Below, one piece after another: positions 10,432 through 20,119 of a stretch of 64,000 bases of DNA; the stretch's first letter is position 1, and each line of letters starts with the position of its first letter. The position numbers were made by a program, and so were the translations under genes. The notes below the pieces were generated by a model. It was not told where the DNA came from, did not search any database, and was given only the letters and a program-made list of their open reading frames with translations. The DNA lies in the NCBI GenBank assembly GCA_043808155.1, contig JAZDFD010000016.1, positions 1 through 64,000 of the forward strand, in the 5' to 3' direction. Origin of the DNA: Candidatus Iainarchaeum sp. GTDB lineage: Archaea > Iainarchaeota > Iainarchaeia > Iainarchaeales > JAZDFD01.

Positions 10432-11517
10432 ATGAGAAGTGTATCGATAATTGGTGTTGGATTCGATAATTGTTTCACACCAAAAAGTTCATCGGAAATT
10501 AGGTCACCAACTCATTTATATGCTGAAAATTATTCAAATTATAATATGCAAATTTCTAAATTTCGTTTGATTAGAGCTACGCAGAAATTGCCAAACGATG
10601 CATCTTCTAGAGAAATTGCAACAGCAGCAGGATATAAATCACACAAAATAATTAATATTTATTTTGAATCTTTAGAGCAACTCAAGACACAAGCTGGAAC
10701 TCTGGAATCAAATAAAGATGAAGTTAATCAAGTTTTTCCACAAATTGAATTTAGTTTGCAGGACATTTCGAGAGGAATTCAAATTCCTCTTGATATAACA
10801 CCACTTTTAGCAGAGGAAATTGGATGGCATATAGGTGATGGTTGTATTCCAAATAACAAAAATGGGAATGCAATATACCAACTTGGTGGAGATCCAAATG
10901 AAGAAAGAGAATTCTACGAAAATTATATCAAAAAGACTTTCAAAGCATTATACAACTATAATGCGAAACCTAACTTTTTGGCAAAGGGTAATCTATTTGG
11001 GATAACTTTTGCATCAAAAGCAATTTTTGATTTCAAAACAAAAATTTTAGGATTCCCAATCGGTAAAAAATCTCATATTATAAGGATTCCTGACGCAATA
11101 ATGTTTGGTGATGATGAAAACAAAAAAGCAGTTATTCGCGGAATTGCAGACACTGACTTTTCAGTCACATTTCAAAAAAAACATAAAAATTTCCATTATT
11201 ATCCTGCAATTATAGGCAGCACCGTCTCTAAGACATTAGCCACTCAATTAAAGTCACTTTTAATTCAATTAGGTTTTAAACCAAAAGTACAAGTCTATTT
11301 TAGAAAAAGAACACAACATAACGAATATTTGATTAGACTAATGGGTAAAAATCAATTAGAAAAATGGTTTGATATTATTGGTAGTAATAATCCAAAACAC
11401 ATAACAAAATACAATGTATGGGCAAAAGTCGGATTTTGTCCTCCTTATACGAAAATTGTTCAAAGACAGAAGATTATAGAAGGGCATCTAAATCCGAAAA
11501 AATTTTATGGTGGTTAA
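10432..11517 (+). mobile_element. Free-standing LAGLIDADG (DOD-type) homing endonuclease whose first 10 residues mimic the thiolase N-terminus
   Basis: Two LAGLIDADG-like helices, LLAEEIGWHIGDG and AVIRGIADTDFS. No intein splicing blocks are present. N-terminus MRSVSIIGVG matches thiolase MRSVSVIGAA. Confidence 0.85.
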
Positions 11518-11518
11518 T

Positions 11519-12679
11519 ATGCGTAGTGTATCTGTAATAGGGGCAGCTGTAACAAAATTTGGCGAACACTGGGACAAAAGTTTCCGTGAGTTAATTGCAG
11601 AAGCAGGAATTAAAGCAGTTGCAGATTCCGGTGTTGAAGGAAATAAAATTGAAGCAATTTATGGCGGGTGTATGGCATCTGGAAGATTCATTGGTCAGGA
11701 ACACATAGGTGCACTAATTGCAGACCAGCTTGGTTTGAATCCAATCCCCTCTACAAGATTAGAAGCGGCATGTGCGTCTGGTGGTGTAGCACTAAGAACT
11801 GCATATCTGTCAATTGCAGCTGGCGTTTATGATATTGTTGCAGTTGGCGGAATTGAAAAAATGACTGAAGTAAGTACGGAAGAAGCAAGTTTTGCATTAG
11901 GCGGTGCAGGTGATGAAGAAACAGAATTGTTTCATGGTGCAACATTTCCTTCGTTGTATGCACTTCTTGCACGTTCACACATGAAAAAATTCGGAACAAC
12001 TGAAGAACAAATGGCAATGTGTGCAGTTAAGAATCATAAAAATGCAACAAAGAATCCTTATGCACAATTTCAAAGAGAAATTACTGTTGATGATGTAATG
12101 AATTCAGGTTATGTTTCCACACCACTTAAACTTCTGGACTGCTCACCAATAACTGATGGTGCTGCTGCATTAATTTTGTGTGAAACAGAAAAAGCAAAAC
12201 AGATTACTCATAAAGCAGTTGAACTTGTTGGTTCAGGACAAGCGTCGGATTCACTTGCACTTGCCGGCAGAAAAAGTTTGACAGAATTAAGCGCAACAAA
12301 AATTGCTGCTGAGCAGGCATATAAACAATCTGGTTTGAATGTAAAAGATATTGATTTTGCAGAAGTACATGATTGTTTTACAATTGCAGAAATTCTTGCA
12401 ATTGAAGATCTTGGATTTTTCAAAAAAGGAGAAGGCGGAAAAGCAACTGAAAAAGGTAAAACTCAGCTGGATGGTGAAATACCAATCAACACTTCTGGTG
12501 GATTGAAAGGTAAAGGCCACCCTGTTGGTGCAACTGGTGTTGCACAGGCAGTTGAGGTTTTTTGGCAATTAAATAATGAAGCGAATCAAAGACAAATTAA
12601 AGATGCAAAAGTTGGTTTAACACACAATGTTGGTGGTTCAGGAGCAACAGCTGTTGTTCATATATTTAAAAAAGCATAA
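11519..12679 (+). CDS. Acetoacetyl-CoA thiolase (archaeal acetyl-CoA acetyltransferase)
   Basis: TKFGE, catalytic EAACASGG, DCSPITDG, EVHDCF, KGHPVGATG, HNVGGSG. GGTGG RBS precedes the ATG at 11519. Confidence 0.96.
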   Translation: MRSVSVIGAAVTKFGEHWDKSFRELIAEAGIKAVADSGVEGNKIEAIYGGCMASGRFIGQEHIGALIADQLGLNPIPSTRLEAACASGGVALRTAYLSIAAGVYDIVAVGGIEKMTEVSTEEASFALGGAGDEETELFHGATFPSLYALLARSHMKKFGTTEEQMAMCAVKNHKNATKNPYAQFQREITVDDVMNSGYVSTPLKLLDCSPITDGAAALILCETEKAKQITHKAVELVGSGQASDSLALAGRKSLTELSATKIAAEQAYKQSGLNVKDIDFAEVHDCFTIAEILAIEDLGFFKKGEGGKATEKGKTQLDGEIPINTSGGLKGKGHPVGATGVAQAVEVFWQLNNEANQRQIKDAKVGLTHNVGGSGATAVVHIFKKA

Positions 12680-12687
12680 GTGATTTT

Positions 12688-13866
12688 ATGAACTACGAAG
12701 AAGAATCTCTGAAGATTCATGAACAAGATAAAGGAAAAATGGAATTAGTTCCCAAAAGAAGAATTACAAATATTGATGAACTTTCAGTTTTGTACACTCC
12801 GGGAGTTGCAGAACCTTCACGTAAAATTGCAGAAAACAAAGAAGATGTTTACAAATATACAATGAAAGGAAATGCAATTGCAATAGTAACAGATGGTTCA
12901 GCTGTTTTGGGTTTGGGAAACATAGGTCCTGAAGCAGCGCTTCCTGTAATGGAAGGGAAATCATTACTGTTCAAACAGTTTGCAAATATAGATGCATTTC
13001 CAATTTGTGTAAAAACACAGGATGCAGATGAGATTGCAATGATTGTGAGAAATATTTCACCTGCATTTGGTGCAATCAATCTGGAAGACATTTCTGCACC
13101 GCGTTGTTTTGAAGTAGAAGAAAAACTTGCAGATTTGGGAATACCTGTTTTTCATGATGATCAACATGGAACTGCAATCATAACACTTGCAGCACTTATC
13201 AATGCTGCAAAACTTTCAGACAGAAAGTTAGGTGAATTAGAAATTGCAATTAATGGTGCAGGTGCTGCCGGGACTGCAATTACAAAACTTCTGAAGAATG
13301 AAAAACTGCGTGAATTTGGTCTGGAACCGGTAAAAGAAATCATACTTTGTGATTCAAAAGGAATTATCTATTCAGGGAGAGAGGGGCTGAATAAGTACAA
13401 ACAGGAAATTGCGGAATTCACAAACACAAAAAATTTACAGAGCACGTTAGCAGATGCAATGCTGAACAAAGATGTTTTTATTGGGGTTTCAAAAGCAAAT
13501 CTTGTGGATGAAGAAATGATTAAATCAATGAATGAAAATCCCATTGTTTTTGCAATGGCAAATCCAATACCTGAAATCATGCCTGAAAAAGCAAGACATG
13601 CAGGTGCGAAAATAATTGCAACAGGGCGAAGTGATTATGCAAATCAGGCAAATAATGTTCTTGCTTTCCCTGGTGTGTTAAGAGGTGCATTAGATGCGCG
13701 TGCTACTAAAATTACTGAGGAAATGAAAATCGCTGCTGCAATCGCATTAGCAGATTACGTAGAAAATCCGAGTGTTGAAATGTTTATTCCAAATCCATTG
13801 GATGAGAAAGTTGCTTACTTAGTTGCTGAACGCGTAGCAGAAACCTGGAGGAGATTCAATGAGTGA
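12688..13866 (+). CDS. NAD(P)-dependent malic enzyme (small prokaryotic type)
   Basis: YTPGVA, TDGSAVLGLGNIG, PVMEGK, INLEDI, FHDDQHGTA, GAGAAG, AMANP, NNVLAFPG. Confidence 0.95.
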   Translation: MNYEEESLKIHEQDKGKMELVPKRRITNIDELSVLYTPGVAEPSRKIAENKEDVYKYTMKGNAIAIVTDGSAVLGLGNIGPEAALPVMEGKSLLFKQFANIDAFPICVKTQDADEIAMIVRNISPAFGAINLEDISAPRCFEVEEKLADLGIPVFHDDQHGTAIITLAALINAAKLSDRKLGELEIAINGAGAAGTAITKLLKNEKLREFGLEPVKEIILCDSKGIIYSGREGLNKYKQEIAEFTNTKNLQSTLADAMLNKDVFIGVSKANLVDEEMIKSMNENPIVFAMANPIPEIMPEKARHAGAKIIATGRSDYANQANNVLAFPGVLRGALDARATKITEEMKIAAAIALADYVENPSVEMFIPNPLDEKVAYLVAERVAETWRRFNE

Positions 13867-14260
13867 TAATTTACCCCTGCATTGGAGACGATATCCTGAA
13901 AGATATTATCTGAAAGGAACATTGTGTGAAATATGTAATACTGCATATTTTCCGCCAAGACAAGTGTGTCCAAAATGCAGACGAAAAGGAAAAATAAGAG
14001 ATGAAATAATGCCAAAAACTGGAAAAATAATTACTTATACTGAGTTAAGCGTAGGGCCAATGGGATTTGAGCATGAAACACCTTACTTCTTGGCATTGAT
14101 TGAACTGGATAATGGTGCAAAACTTCTAAGTCAGGTTGTAGATTCAAAAAAAGAAAAAATAAAAGAAGATGCAAGAGTAAAAAAAGTCTTCAGAAAAATC
14201 GCAGACAACGATGCAGAAGGTGCAATCTCATATGGTTTTAAGTTTAAAGTTGTTGAATAA
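13859..14260 (+). CDS. DUF35 Zn-ribbon/OB-fold protein (thiolase/HMG-CoA synthase scaffold)
   Basis: WRR..ERY.L.G, CEIC...FPPR..CPKC and YGFKF motifs; located in the thiolase operon. Confidence 0.93.
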   Translation: MSDNLPLHWRRYPERYYLKGTLCEICNTAYFPPRQVCPKCRRKGKIRDEIMPKTGKIITYTELSVGPMGFEHETPYFLALIELDNGAKLLSQVVDSKKEKIKEDARVKKVFRKIADNDAEGAISYGFKFKVVE

Positions 14261-14275
14261 TAACTAGGTGATAAA

Positions 14276-15211
14276 GTGGGTTCTGGAAAAGGATATGGCA
14301 AATCAATTTTGTTCGGGGAACACTTTGTTGTTTATGGTTTGCCTGCGATTGCAAGTGCACTTGGAGATTATACTGAAGCAAAAGTTGAATTAACTGAAGG
14401 CACTGGCTGGGAATTACAAGATGAACGTCTAGCAACCCCTGGCTATAAAAAAGAAAAATATGATGAACAGGTAGATTCAATCAACCGCGTTATTGACGCT
14501 GCGGGAATTGATTTGAGTGATAAGAAACTCAAAATTTGGTTTGGCGGAAATTTAAAAGCTGCTTCTGGCGTTGGTGCAAGTGCTGCAAGCTGTGCTGCAT
14601 TAGCACGTGCATTAAATGAAGAATTTTGTCTAGGATTTGATGATGATAAAATAAATGAATTAGCTTATGAAGGTGAAAAAGGTTATCACGGAACCCCTTC
14701 AGGAATTGATAATACTGCCGCAGTATTTGGCGGGCTGATTTGGTTCAAAAAAAATCTAGAAGGCGGAGCAAACACAATGGATAAAATGAAATCAAATGCT
14801 TTCAAAATTGTAATTGGAAACACGGGTAAAACGTCATCAACAATTAAAGTTGTCGGGGATGTTAAAAAACTCAAAGAAACTGATGAAGAAAAATTCGCGC
14901 GTATTCTTGGACAGTATGACGAAGTTGCAAATCGTGCAAAGAAAGCTCTTCTTGCAAATGATTTGGAAAAAGTCGGAGTACTGATGAATAAAAACCATGA
15001 ACTGCTTCAAAAAATTAATGTGTCTTGTGATGAGTTAGATTTAATGGTTAAAACTGCAAGAACTGCAGGTGCATTGGGTGCAAAACTGACTGGCACTGGC
15101 AGAGGCGGATTAATGATTGCACTTGTTACAGATTCAAAAACTCAGACTAAAGTTGCAGAAGCAATTGAAGCTTTGGGTTTTGACACAATGAAAATGGATG
15201 TAGGTATCTGA
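14276..15211 (+). CDS. mvk: Mevalonate kinase
   Basis: GKSILFGEHFVVYG, GHMP loop GVGASAA, HGTPSGID, KLTGTGRGG. Confidence 0.95.
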   Translation: MGSGKGYGKSILFGEHFVVYGLPAIASALGDYTEAKVELTEGTGWELQDERLATPGYKKEKYDEQVDSINRVIDAAGIDLSDKKLKIWFGGNLKAASGVGASAASCAALARALNEEFCLGFDDDKINELAYEGEKGYHGTPSGIDNTAAVFGGLIWFKKNLEGGANTMDKMKSNAFKIVIGNTGKTSSTIKVVGDVKKLKETDEEKFARILGQYDEVANRAKKALLANDLEKVGVLMNKNHELLQKINVSCDELDLMVKTARTAGALGAKLTGTGRGGLMIALVTDSKTQTKVAEAIEALGFDTMKMDVGI

Positions 15212-15762
15212 TGAAATTAATTATTGGAATTTCAGGAGCTAGCGGAGCTCATTATGGTGTTGAATTACTTAAAGCACTTAAGGAAAAGAAAATTGAAACA
15301 CATTTAATTCTTAGTGAATGGGCTGAGAAAATTCTTGAAATTGAAACTGATTATAAAATTGAAGATGTGAAAAAACTGGCAACTAAAGTTTATGACAACA
15401 AAGATATGAGTGCAAGAATTTCAAGTTCTTCATTTTTAGTTGACGGGATGATTGTAATGCCATGCTCAATAAAAACAGTTTCAGAAATTGCTAACGGAAG
15501 CTGTTCAACTTTAATCACCAGATCGGCAGATAATGTAATGAAAATGAAAAAAACACTTCTTGTTGGTGTAAGAGAAACGCCTTTGAGCACTGCTGTGCTT
15601 GAGAATCTGAAGAATATTTCTCTCTATGGGGGTATTGTGATGCCTTTAAGCCCTGGATTTTATCATAAGCCGAAGGAAATAAAAGACTTAAATTCCTTTA
15701 TTGTAGGGAAAGCATTAGATGTTTTTGGAATTGAAAACAACAACTTCAAAAGGTGGGATTAA
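15211..15762 (+). CDS. ubiX: Flavin prenyltransferase UbiX (prFMN synthase)
   Basis: IGISGASG, PCS.KT, RSAD, RETP and PGFYH.P motifs. Confidence 0.93.
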   Translation: MKLIIGISGASGAHYGVELLKALKEKKIETHLILSEWAEKILEIETDYKIEDVKKLATKVYDNKDMSARISSSSFLVDGMIVMPCSIKTVSEIANGSCSTLITRSADNVMKMKKTLLVGVRETPLSTAVLENLKNISLYGGIVMPLSPGFYHKPKEIKDLNSFIVGKALDVFGIENNNFKRWD

Positions 15763-17063
15763 TGGGCTTGCAGGAATTTATTCAGAAATTAAAAGATGAA
15801 AATAAAATCACAGAAATTAATACGTCTGTTTCTAAAAATCTTGAAATAGCCGGAGTTCTGAAAGAACTTGAACCAATGCCGGTTTTATTTAATTCTGTAA
15901 AAGAATCTGATTTCAAAGTTGTCGGAAATTTATTTTCTTCAAAACAGCTTATTGCAGATTATCTCGGTGTCGAAGTAAAAAATATAACACAAAAAGTTCT
16001 AAACGCAATTGAAAATCCATCAAAACCTGCTGAAGTTAAACACGGAAGCTGTCAGGATGTTGTAATTGATGATGTTAATTTGGATAAACTTCCAATACTG
16101 AAGCACTGTGCAAAAGACGGTGGAAATTACATCAGTTCAGGAGTTTTTTTTGCAAGAGATTCTGAATTAGGTGAAAATTTATCATTTCATAGGTGTATGC
16201 AGATTTCAAAAAATGAATTTACAGTAAGAATTTTGCAGAGGCATCTGGATCATTTCATTACTAAAAATAGCGGAAATTTGGATGTTGCAATTGCGGTTGG
16301 ACTAACCCCAAATTTACTTTTAGCGGGTGCAACTTCGATTGGGTTAGGCTGTGATGAATCCGAAGTTGCAAACACTCTTGAAAAAGTTAAGCTTGTGAAA
16401 GCAAAAACTTGTGATGTGATGGTTCCTGCAGATGCGGAATTTATTTTGGAAGGAACACTAACAAGTGAAATGAAAGATGAAGGTAAATTTGTTGATTTAA
16501 CTGCGACTTATGATTTTGTAAGAAAACAAAGAGTTTTCAAAATTAAGAAAATAACACATAGAAAAAATGCACTATGGCATGCACTGCTCCCAGGGGGAAT
16601 GGAACACAGAGTTTTAATGGGTATGCCCAAAGAACCAACAATTTTCAGAGAAGTAAATAAAGTCTGCAAATGTGTTGATGTTAATGTCAATCCCGGCGGA
16701 TGCAGCTGGCTTCATGCAATTGTAAAAATTAAAAAAGAAAAAGAAGATGACGGAAGAAAAGCAATTGAAGCTGCGTTTGCAGGCCATAATTCTTTGAAGC
16801 ACGCATTTGTTGTTGATGATGATATTGACATTAACGACCCTTATGATGTTGAATGGGCAATGTCCACGAGATTTCAAGCTGGAAAAGATTTCATTGACAT
16901 GGGTCGAAAAAAAGGATCAAGTCTGGATCCGAGTTCAGATGAGAAAACAAGAGAAACAGACAAGCGCGGTTTTGATTTAACAAAACCTGTGAATGCAGAT
17001 CCTGATAAATTTGACAAAGTTGAATTCCCGAAAATCAATCTGAAGAAGATAATGGGTGATTAA
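15762..17063 (+). CDS. UbiD-family prFMN decarboxylase, likely trans-anhydromevalonate 5-phosphate decarboxylase
   Basis: DLxKLPI...DGG.YI, EFILEG, EGKFVD, VVDDDI, WAMSTRFQ, SSLDPS. Overlaps the ubiX stop (TAATG) and lies within the MVA operon. Confidence 0.9.
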   Translation: MGLQEFIQKLKDENKITEINTSVSKNLEIAGVLKELEPMPVLFNSVKESDFKVVGNLFSSKQLIADYLGVEVKNITQKVLNAIENPSKPAEVKHGSCQDVVIDDVNLDKLPILKHCAKDGGNYISSGVFFARDSELGENLSFHRCMQISKNEFTVRILQRHLDHFITKNSGNLDVAIAVGLTPNLLLAGATSIGLGCDESEVANTLEKVKLVKAKTCDVMVPADAEFILEGTLTSEMKDEGKFVDLTATYDFVRKQRVFKIKKITHRKNALWHALLPGGMEHRVLMGMPKEPTIFREVNKVCKCVDVNVNPGGCSWLHAIVKIKKEKEDDGRKAIEAAFAGHNSLKHAFVVDDDIDINDPYDVEWAMSTRFQAGKDFIDMGRKKGSSLDPSSDEKTRETDKRGFDLTKPVNADPDKFDKVEFPKINLKKIMGD

Positions 17064-17066
17064 AAA

Positions 17067-18251
17067 ATGAAATTGACTTCTGAAGAAAAAGAAATGCTTG
17101 AAGGACAACACGGGAATGCAGTAAAAAAGAGCATGGAAATTATAGTTGCACTTGGTGAAATCTTCGGTGCAGAAAAATTAATTCCCGTAACATCAGTTCA
17201 GATTGCAGGAGTTTCCTACAGCAATTTAGGTGAAGCTGGTTTAGAGTTTTTAGATGAAATGGCAAAAGATGGGAAAGTAAAAGTTTTCACAACATTAAAT
17301 CCTGCCGGCATGGACATGGAAAACTGGGAAGCTCTTGGAATTTCACCAGAGTTTGCGAAAAATCAGAAAAGAGTTATTGATGTTTTTGCAAAAATGGGTG
17401 TTGTTACAACCTGCACTTGTACACCTTATTTGATTGGAAATTTGCCGCATTTTGGCCAGCATATTTCATGGAGTGAAAGTTCAGCAGTGGCTTTTTCAAA
17501 TTCGGTTTTGGGAGCACGTACAAACCGAGAAGGGGGACCAAGTGCATTGGCAGCTGCAATAACTGGCAGAACAGCAGAATTTGGCTATCATCTGGATGAG
17601 AACAGAAAACCAGTGATTACAGTTGATGTTAATGCCGAAATGAAAGAAATTACTGATTTTGGTGCACTGGGTTTAGTAATTGGAAAAAAGATTGGAAACA
17701 AAGTTGCATACATCAGAGGAATTAAAGAAGTGTCAATTGAACAGCTTAAAAGTTTCTCTGCGTCAATTGCAACTTATGGCGGAACTGCTTTATATCATAT
17801 TGAAGGAATTACTCCTGAAAAATATAAAGCTCCGAGCAAAAAAATTGAAGTAACTAAAAATGATATTGATGACGCAAAAAAATCAATGACTGATAAAGGC
17901 GAAGAAGTTGATTTAATTTCAATTGGTTGTCCGCACTGTACGCTTTCAGAAATTCAGAAAGTTGCAGAACTTTTAAACGGTAAAAAAGTTAAGAAAGAAC
18001 TTTGGATTTGCGTTGCACGCCCAATTAAAAAAATGGCAGACCAGATGGGATACTCAAAAATTATTGAAGATTCGGGTGCGAAGTTTGCGTGTGATACCTG
18101 TATGGTAGTTGCACCGTTGAAAAGCAGATTTAAAACACTCGCAACTGATTCTGCAAAAGGTTGCTATTATGGCAGGGGAAAAAATAATTTCAAAACAAGA
18201 TTTGCAAAAATTGAAGATTTAGTTAAAATTGCAACGGGTGAACTTAGATGA
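17067..18251 (+). CDS. Aconitase X large subunit (DUF521), likely phosphomevalonate dehydratase large subunit
   Basis: TTLNP, TCTCTPY, WSESSA, GARTNREGG, IGCPH, DTCMVVAP. Confidence 0.92.
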   Translation: MKLTSEEKEMLEGQHGNAVKKSMEIIVALGEIFGAEKLIPVTSVQIAGVSYSNLGEAGLEFLDEMAKDGKVKVFTTLNPAGMDMENWEALGISPEFAKNQKRVIDVFAKMGVVTTCTCTPYLIGNLPHFGQHISWSESSAVAFSNSVLGARTNREGGPSALAAAITGRTAEFGYHLDENRKPVITVDVNAEMKEITDFGALGLVIGKKIGNKVAYIRGIKEVSIEQLKSFSASIATYGGTALYHIEGITPEKYKAPSKKIEVTKNDIDDAKKSMTDKGEEVDLISIGCPHCTLSEIQKVAELLNGKKVKKELWICVARPIKKMADQMGYSKIIEDSGAKFACDTCMVVAPLKSRFKTLATDSAKGCYYGRGKNNFKTRFAKIEDLVKIATGELR

Positions 18252-18640
18252 AACTCAAAGGAAGAAAAATCTCCGCAGGCAGTGCAGAAGGAATTGCATT
18301 AGTTTCCGTAAAACCAATCTCATTTTACGGCGGAGTTGATCCTGATACGGGAAAAGTTACTGAAAAAGATCATGATTTGGAAGGCAAAAGCATCACGGGA
18401 AAGATTTTAATATTTCCGCGAGGTGCTGGTTCAACTGTTGGTTCTTATACAATGTACAGATTAAAAAAACAGGGTACTGCGCCTTTGGCAATTATTCTTG
18501 GCGAATGCGAGCCAATAGTTGCAGTTGGTGCAATAATTTCTGAAATTCCGTGTGTCGATAAAATTGATATTTCAAAAATAAAAAACGGAATGAAATTAAA
18601 AGTTGATGCAACAAACGGAATTGTTGAAGTTTTAGAATAA
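18248..18640 (+). CDS. Aconitase X swivel subunit (DUF126), likely phosphomevalonate dehydratase small subunit
   Basis: ISFYGGVDP.TG, GSTVGSY and VAVGAII..IP motifs; overlaps the large-subunit stop. Confidence 0.92.
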   Translation: MKLKGRKISAGSAEGIALVSVKPISFYGGVDPDTGKVTEKDHDLEGKSITGKILIFPRGAGSTVGSYTMYRLKKQGTAPLAIILGECEPIVAVGAIISEIPCVDKIDISKIKNGMKLKVDATNGIVEVLE

Positions 18641-18658
18641 TTTCACACTTTTAAAAAG

Positions 18659-19309
18659 GTGTTTTTTTTGGAAAATGTAAAAGCAATTATTTTTGATTGG
18701 GATGGCACTATTGTTGACAGCATGCCCACACATATCGAAGCATATCTGAAAGCTTTGGCAAAGTTTGGAATTAAAGCTAACGCACAGGATATTTTGGATT
18801 TGGTCGGGACACCTACTGAACTGCTTGCAGAAGAAGTTGCAAATAAATATGGTGTTAAAACTAAAGGCAAAGAAATTGCAAAAGAGAAAATTAAAAATTA
18901 TATTGAGTTTTCTAAAAGTAAAAATTTGATTTTTGATGGGGCACTGGAAATATTGCTTGCATTAAAACCACACTATAAACTTGCCTTGCTAAGTGGTTCC
19001 ACGAGAAAACAACTTGATAATTATAAAGAAATTCTTGAACTTTTTGAAATTACAGTCGCAGGAAAGGAAGCATCAAAACCAAAGCCAAATCCTGATGCTT
19101 TGTGGGATATTGCAGATAAGCTTGATTTGGTGCCTAGTGAATGTGCATATATTGGTGATTTTTGGCAGGATATGATGGCTGCAGAGAAGGCTGGCATGTG
19201 GGCAATCGGTATCCGAAACAGATATGTTTCAGATAAAGAGCTAACTGATGCAGGGGCAGATATAATTATTAATAACCTAAATGAACTTCTTACTACAGGG
19301 CTTTTATGA
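18659..19309 (+). CDS. HAD-superfamily hydrolase (beta-PGM/phosphoglycolate phosphatase-like)
   Basis: Motif I FDWDGT, motif III KPNP, motif IV YIGD...D. Confidence 0.88.
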   Translation: MFFLENVKAIIFDWDGTIVDSMPTHIEAYLKALAKFGIKANAQDILDLVGTPTELLAEEVANKYGVKTKGKEIAKEKIKNYIEFSKSKNLIFDGALEILLALKPHYKLALLSGSTRKQLDNYKEILELFEITVAGKEASKPKPNPDALWDIADKLDLVPSECAYIGDFWQDMMAAEKAGMWAIGIRNRYVSDKELTDAGADIIINNLNELLTTGLL

Positions 19310-20112
19310 AACTAATTATTTTGAAATCGGGTGGCAGTGTCTGCACTGAAAAGGACAGAAATAAAGTAAAAGCAAAAATTCCAGTAATAAAACGAGTTGC
19401 GAGTGAAATTAAAGCTGCTCAAAGAAAACAAAAATTCAAACTTGTTTTAGTGCATGGTGCAGGACCTTTTGGACATCAATTTGTTCATAATTATGGAGTG
19501 AAAAACGGGGTAAAAAAAACAAACAAAAAACAAATTGAAGGTTTTGTCAGAACTCACAATTCAATGGAAGATTTGAATAAGATTTTTATGGATGTTTTTC
19601 GAAAAGAGGGTTTGCTTGGTTTCCCAATACAAACTAGTGCATGTGTTGTTCAAAAAAATAAAACAATTTCCAAATTTGACACAGCAATAATAAAAGAACT
19701 TCTGAAATTTGAAAATGTGATTCCCATCATGTACGGCGACATGGTAATCGATACTGCCAAAGGTGCGACAGTTGTTAGCGGAGATGCTTTAATTTCATTT
19801 CTTGCAAAAAAACTCAATGCAGATTTAGTTTTGCTTGGTGCTGATTTGGATGGCATATTCACTGCAGACCCCAAGAAAAACAAAAAAGCAAAGCTTATTG
19901 AAAAAATCAATTCAAAAAACTTTAAGGAAGTGCTGAGTTATGTGAAAGAAGCATCAACTATTGATGTAACCCGCGGTATGAAAGGAAAACTTCTTGAAAT
20001 TAAAAAAATTGCAAATAAAAGAAAAGTAATTGTTTTCAATCTGAACAAAAAGAATTATTTGTATAATTTGCTCATTGGAAAAAAAGTCATTTCAACTGAA
20101 ATAAAATTGTAG
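19306..20112 (+). CDS. ipk: Isopentenyl phosphate kinase
   Basis: Amino-acid-kinase fold: KSGGS..T.K, VHGAGPFGH, YGD, SGD, DVTRGMKGK. Confidence 0.92.
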   Translation: MKLIILKSGGSVCTEKDRNKVKAKIPVIKRVASEIKAAQRKQKFKLVLVHGAGPFGHQFVHNYGVKNGVKKTNKKQIEGFVRTHNSMEDLNKIFMDVFRKEGLLGFPIQTSACVVQKNKTISKFDTAIIKELLKFENVIPIMYGDMVIDTAKGATVVSGDALISFLAKKLNADLVLLGADLDGIFTADPKKNKKAKLIEKINSKNFKEVLSYVKEASTIDVTRGMKGKLLEIKKIANKRKVIVFNLNKKNYLYNLLIGKKVISTEIKL

Positions 20113-20119
20113 TGATATT

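Noticed and set aside
10432-11517. LAGLIDADG ORF as an intein of the thiolase or HMGS
   Set aside because: It has no Cys/Ser block A and no terminal His-Asn, it has its own stop codon, and the thiolase restarts in another frame with a complete N-terminus.
15211-17063. UbiX/UbiD as ubiquinone or aromatic-acid decarboxylation genes
   Set aside because: Their position between mevalonate kinase and the AcnX pair/IPK, with no diphosphomevalonate decarboxylase present, favours the modified MVA pathway.
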